Positions 22,777 to 28,422 of a stretch of 28,422 bases of DNA are shown piece after piece. The notes under the pieces are model-generated. The model was not told the DNA's origin, searched no databases, and worked only from the letters and a program-made list of their open reading frames with translations. Made by a program: the position numbers and the translations under genes. Position 1 is the first letter of the stretch. Each line of letters begins with the position of its first letter. Location of the stretch: positions 1-28,422 of the forward strand of contig NW_021827493.1 in NCBI RefSeq assembly GCF_006345805.1. Direction: 5' to 3'. This stretch comes from Octopus sinensis. Taxonomy: Eukaryota.

Positions 22777-22820
22777 TAGATTAGATTAGATTAGATTAGA
22801 TTAGATTAGATTAGATTAGA
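22518..22820. repeat. (GATA)n changing to (GATTA)n
   Basis: Read directly. Confidence 0.95.
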
Positions 22821-23548
22821 CCGACGTGAGACCGACGAACGGACAGACCAATTGACAGTTAGCTGTTTTATATTCCTCTTGGCAAATGACATATCTGTGA
22901 GGCTTTGAGAAACAGCTAATTCGGTAAAGCGCTATGTTCTGTTGTAGCAAATCATGGCAAACTTGCTAGTTATCAATGCAATATATTGCATGAGCCATTA
23001 CAATGATGTTCTTCGGTAAGGATTCCATTTTGCAGTAATCCATTTTAGGCATTGAGAAGATTCCACAATCAATAAATCCTTTTCCTGAAGTAAGTTAGTG
23101 TTAATTTTCCAAATTCCTTCGACATTTCTCTGACCAGTTCTGCGAAACGTCATCCTAACTGGTTTTCTAAATTGAAAGAGATCGAATATAGAATTATATC
23201 AAAATTTATCACGGATTCTTTCTGTAACATGTAAACCGTTGAGATGTTTATCAGGAAAATTTCCAGTTGCCGTTTCGTACAATAACCTCTTCGTGATGAT
23301 ATTTCGTCCGAAGACTTTCTTTTTTTTTTTCTCTCTTCGTTATTATTGTTTCTTCTTTTATTGTCTTTTTTTCCTCTCCATTCGGCTGAGGACGGACGTT
23401 AAACGGATTACAAGATTTTCTTCACATCCACTTGCAATACCGTTAAATTCTTCATAATGAAACTATCATGCATTAATACTATTGTTATATTATTGATATT
23501 ATTGTTTTTGTTGTTGCTGTTTTTTTTGTTTTGTTTTTTTGTTCTGAT

Positions 23549-23683
23549 GGAAGCGCAGTGGTAGAATCATTAGAACTCTGTAAGAAATGCATCGTGGTTA
23601 TTTCTGACACTTTACGCTCTGAGTTCAAATTCCATTGAGAATAACTTTGCCTTTCATTCCTTCTTTGGAGATCGTTAAAATAG
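23549..23683 (+). mobile_element. SINE 5' part, degenerate
   Basis: GTGGTAGAATCATTAGAAC...GAGTTCAAATTCC...ACTTTGCCTTTCATTCC, like the 27389 copy. Confidence 0.7.
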
Positions 23684-23753
23684 ATATAAGAACTTGGAAA
23701 TTGAAATACAAAAGATGTGGCATCTTAAAGCGGGAACTGTTCCTCTTATTGTG

Positions 23754-24280
23754 GGAACAGTTTCGCTTTAAGATGCCACACCTTTTGTATTTCAATTTCC
23801 AGGTCCTTATATTTACTTAGTCTATCAAATTTCTTTACAGATATATTTTTATCAATGGGAACACTTACATCTATTAGTCTACAAGTATTTTCTTCCTTGT
23901 CTTTAATAATTAGGTCTGGTCGATTAGCCTTGATTGTTCTGTCGGTATTGACTGGAAAATCCCAGAGGCCGGTGACAGTTTTATCTTCAACGACTGGCTC
24001 GGGATGATGTTCATACCAGTAAGAAGGAGTACCGAATTTTGTAGTGTCCACATATTTTCCAGTATAAATACTGTCCTACCCTATCGCGGCGATTTTTGTA
24101 TTTGTTTGGTGTCAGCACAGGACATCCTGAGACCAGATGGTCTATTGTTTCATGTTATTGTTTGTTGTTTTACTTCTCGGAATGTTCGACCTTGTTTGCT
24201 CTGGTAGATTCTGTGAGAACGGACAGCAACCTGCTGTCAGAGGTCTCATAGGGTCTCTTTCCGCATATTATAAGCTTTGA
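23754..24280 (-). mobile_element. R4/Dong-like LINE fragment: CCHC knuckle and restriction-like endonuclease
   Basis: ETIDHLVSGCPVLTPNKYKNRRDRVGQYLYWKICGHYK, then WYEHHPEPVVE..WDFPVNTDRTIKANRPDLIIKDK..CRLIDVSVP..LSKYKDLEIEIQKVW. Confidence 0.92.
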
Positions 24281-24289
24281 TACTTGGTT

Positions 24290-24985
24290 GTTAATTATTG
24301 TGAAAGACATTCAACATCCAAATACCAATCCCAAAATCCTAACTGTCCTCAGCAGAGCAGTTTTAGGGGTTTCCTTTGCTCTCATATCAACTCCGATTTC
24401 TATGACATATTTCTCGAACTTTGTTGTTAGTGCTCCGAGTACCCCTACAACTACTGGAATAACAGACACTCTCCTCATAGTCCACATTCTTGCAATTTCA
24501 TCTTTTAGTCGTCTGTACTTTTCAATCTTTTCTACTTCACATTGGATTGTAAAATCCCACAGTATCTTATGTTCCCTGTTCTCAGTGACTCCTTCTGGTT
24601 CATATTCGTACCATTTCTATGCTCTGTTCAGGCCGTACTTTTCCACATAGCCTCCAATGGACGGACTTCTCCACGTTATTTGTAGTGCTTTTGGGACAGC
24701 TTGCTACACTCACTCACAAGGCGTGAAAATTGTTTCGTTTCTGCTGCAGCACATCCTATAAAAGGGGAAATTCGCTACTCTTATCCATTCGGAACTTGGT
24801 GTAATTAGTTCTTAGAGCTTGTTCCTGGGCGCTGCATATCAATGCCTCAGCGTATCCTTCCAGATCACTTTTTCTTAGCCATCTCCAAGTGTTGATTTCC
24901 CTGAGGTATTACCCATCCAGTGGTTTCGTTTTCCAGTTGTTTACTCTTTCTTCTTTTTAAACTTGTTTCTTAAATTTTTCTTAAA
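24290..24985 (-). mobile_element. Second R4/Dong-like fragment with an in-frame deletion of the RLE catalytic core
   Basis: WRWLRKSDLEGYAEALICSAQEQALRTNY...YEPEGVTENREHKILWDFTIQC/EVEKIEKYRRLKDEIARMWTMRRVSVIPVVVGVLG...KTALLRTVRIL. Confidence 0.9.
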
Positions 24986-24989
24986 TTAT

Positions 24990-25041
<52 letters not shown>

Positions 25042-25094
25042 TACTATTAATATTATTATTATTATTATTATTGTTGTTGTTGTTATTATTATTA

Positions 25095-25138
<44 letters not shown>

Positions 25139-25239
25139 GTTGTTGTTGTTGTTGTTGTTATTATTATTATCATTATTATTATTAAGATTATTATTATTAA
25201 AATCATTATTATTATTGTTGTTGTTATTATTATTATTAC

Positions 25240-25273
<34 letters not shown>

Positions 25274-25367
25274 GTTGTTGTTGTTGTTGTTATTATTATT
25301 ATTACTATTATCATTATTATAATTATTAAAATTATTATTATTATTGTTGTTGTTATTATTATTATTA

Positions 25368-25405
<38 letters not shown>

Positions 25406-25534
25406 TTATTATTATTATTGTTGTTGTTGTTGTTGTTGTTGTTATTATTATTATTACTATTATCATTATTATAATTATTAAAATTATTATTATTATTGTT
25501 GTTGTTATTATTATTATTATCATTATCATTATTC

Positions 25535-25574
<40 letters not shown>

Positions 25575-25648
25575 TATCATTATTATAATTATTAAAATTA
25601 TTATTATTATTGTTGTTGTTATTATTATTATTATCATTATCATTATTC

Positions 25649-25694
<46 letters not shown>

Positions 25695-25768
25695 TATCAT
25701 TATTATAATTATTAAAATTATTATTATTATTGTTGTTGTTATTATTATTATTATCATTATCATTATTC

Positions 25769-25832
<64 letters not shown>

Positions 25833-25847
25833 CATTATTATCATTAT
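24990..25847. repeat. ~860-bp (ATT)n/(GTT)n/(ATC)n array with a higher-order repeat
   Basis: Marker ACTATTATCATTATTATAATTATTAAAATT recurs at 25304, 25456, 25570 and 25690. Confidence 0.95.
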
Positions 25848-25979
25848 TACCCAGTAGACTTATCCTTTCGCTGAACTATTGTGAACAACTCTTTTCGCCT
25901 CGTCTACTTGCGTTGTTTTGGTTTGTTTTTCTATTTTCTAATGCAATTAAACAACTACACTTAATATATCTGTAGAGTC

Positions 25980-27975
25980 TACCATTGTCATTCTCTGTGT
26001 GCTATCAACACGTCCTTAGTTTTCACTTAGGTATTTGTATCTTTTTTTAATCATTCCCAAGTTACGTATTATTATAAGGCTTGAGATAATGTTTCCACTC
26101 ATCAAATGTCTATGGCACTAATATTCATGAGAAGGCACTTCTTTTTCTGTAAGTCTTCCACAACAGTATGTGGTTGATAACCGTTCATCTTTATGTCTCG
26201 GCAAATTAGCATTATTTACGTCAATTTACGTTCAGAGTTTTCAGAACCAGTCTCTGTTATAGAGTAATAGATTAGTAAAAACGGCTGAGAGCTGGTCAAT
26301 GTGTTTTGCGATATTTAATAGCGTCCATTAATTTCTAACTTCCAAATTCCATCGCTAGAGTTCCCTATTTATCACTCCACAGGTGAGCAGTAAACAACCC
26401 AATAGTAGAGTCCACCTGCCGGTAAGCAAGTAAAACAGTGTGGTATAGTCCACTATATTGTGACCATATCAAAGATACTTCATTCAAAACAGTAAAGTCC
26501 AACACTCCGTCAATATGTACCGAAAGGTGGTACAGGTGAATAAACTTTACCCATAACCAAGGACCTTAAATCTCACAATGACAGTCCCACAAGATGTAAT
26601 TTGGTACCATAGGGTAGTATATAATTCAACATTGAATGTAATAGATGCAAGGCAGCAGTAAAGTGGAACTAACGAGTAATTTGGTTACACTCGGAGACCG
26701 ATGTAATCTGTTATAAGTTAGTGTGAAATCCAGGAACAAAAGAACAGAAATTACATTCTCACTTTCAATAGCTTGCAGTTGTTTCTGCTGTTATTAAATG
26801 TTCACTCGTTGATGAGTGCCACTACATCTTATAGCTTTCTCAGAGTAAATTGAATGGAAATTTTATAGCAGAAATCTTTTGAAAACATACTTCCCATCCT
26901 TGCATACGATGTATAGTCTACTAACGTTTCCATTGATGTTGAAATATCCTGTAACACTGAACTGGTTGCGAGTTATAACATTTATCTCACTGAGTTCTTG
27001 TAGTGACCAGTTCAGAAGGCCCAATGTGGGAGTGAGGATAGACACTGCAAAGGTATTGTGGACGATATGTCTGTTGTAAGTTAAGGGTTCAGATGACCAT
27101 ATTATTTTACCTTCTTGCGGTACTCATTCCTCGTCCTCTCCTTATTGATGGGTCTGTCATAGCCGACGTTTTCACCCAGTCCATGATCTTTGTTACTTTC
27201 TCCAGGCACCAGATGCTGTATTACTGTGCTATTTCTGTTTAATGTCTTGAATGAAGGCAATACTTTGCCAGGTTTTACCACCAAAAATGCACATTTGAAC
27301 TCGCCAAATTTCATTCCAGTGACTTTGGAAGATTGGGTTATGAGATCCAATTGCTTTTCTTCATGTGGTTAATATTTGACCCAAACCGCGACGGGCTGGT
27401 AGAATCGTTAGCACGCCGGGCAAAATGCTTCGCAGCACTTCGGCCGTCTTTACGTTTTGAGTTCAAATTCTGCCGAGGTTGACTTTGCCTTTCATCTTTC
27501 CAGGGTCGATAAAATAAGTACCGGTTGAGCACCGGGATCAATTTAACCAACTTAGCCCCTGCCCCAAATCTGCTGGCCTTGTGCCAGAATTTTAAATCTA
27601 TATTTACCCGATACAGCTTCGCATCATCAACAAAGAAAAGGTGAAAAATGTAATTGAACTCAATCCTGTACCTGAAGTATGACAGGGGTTTCTGTGAGAA
27701 TACAAAGAGTAGTACTAATAAGATATCGCTCAGAAGAATCCTTTTTTTGTGTGTGTAATATATATAGTGTCAGATTTGATGCTTTTATGGTCGACTCTAA
27801 AGACATAATGAACTGTACAGTTTTTTTTTTAGTTAGGTGGAAAATGGCACCTACTCGAGTTGGTGGAACATTGGCTAATTGTAGTGCCTTGATGATCCAC
27901 CCATGCGGTATGATATCAAAAGTATTTTTGGTAGTCCAGCCATACTGTAGCCGCGTTTAATGCGATTCATTACTG
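25980..27975 (-). mobile_element. Decayed R4/Dong-like LINE: RT core to RLE, with deletions and a nested SINE
   Basis: WLDYQK-FDIIPHGWIIKALQLANVP (~27940-27865), HLFFVDDAKLY (27643-27611), LDLITQSSKVTGMKFGEFKCAFLVVKPGK, NGNVSRLY, KKCLLMNISA (~26150-26115). Confidence 0.85.
27389..27597 (+). mobile_element. SINE inserted into the R4/Dong RT region
   Basis: GGGCTGGTAGAATCGTTAGCACGCCGGG...GAGTTCAAATTCTGCCGAGGTTGACTTTGCC...GGCCTTGTGCC; lies between the FVDD and LDLIT segments; degenerate ATATTT(G)ACC flanks. Confidence 0.88.
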
Positions 27976-27999
27976 ATTCTTTATATACGTATATAACTT

Positions 28000-28002
28000 T
28001 GC

Positions 28003-28035
<33 letters not shown>

Positions 28036-28410
28036 TGTGTATGTATGTATGTGTGTACGCATGCATATGTATGCATGTATGTATATAAGTTACTTTTGTA
28101 AGAGTATAATTTATCATATCTCACAAGCTTATCTGTGGGTATCTTGTGTGTATGCGTGTAAGCATGTGTGTATACATACAAGGTAAATATATACATAGAT
28201 ATATACATACATACATACACACAAGCATACATACATACATACGCACACACATACACACACGCATACATCCACACACATACACACACACACACACATACAC
28301 ACACATACACACACATGCATACATACATACATACATACATACATACATACATACATACATACATACATACATACATACATACACATTATATCATATATCA
28401 TATCATAGCT
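28000..28410. repeat. (TATG)n/(TACA)n/(CA)n microsatellites
   Basis: Read directly. Confidence 0.95.
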
Positions 28411-28422
28411 TAGAATATGATG

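Overview
Repeat-dense, AT-rich eukaryotic genomic DNA with no intact protein-coding gene. The SINE families look like those of Octopus (recognised from memory, not searched). The window holds many tRNA-derived SINE copies, decayed LINE fragments (RTE, L1/Tx1-like, and four R4/Dong-like pieces with restriction-like endonuclease, all on the minus strand), an internally deleted mariner abutting a related MITE, two fold-back elements, and long micro/minisatellites that produce most ORF-track entries as artefacts. Three things stand out. (1) Three type I hammerhead-ribozyme motifs on the + strand (1426-1525 with a fully canonical core, 1687-1740, 16727-16795); these resemble the minimal hammerheads of Penelope-like elements and retrozymes, and the first two lie in tandem with cleavage sites 213 nt apart. 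(2) A ~3.3 kb decayed, unidentified minus-strand gene (8851-12150) whose frames rejoin when two TSD-flanked SINEs are removed. (3) Apparent (TAA)n-targeted retrotransposition in the right third. No searches or folding programs were run; pairings and translations were done by eye.
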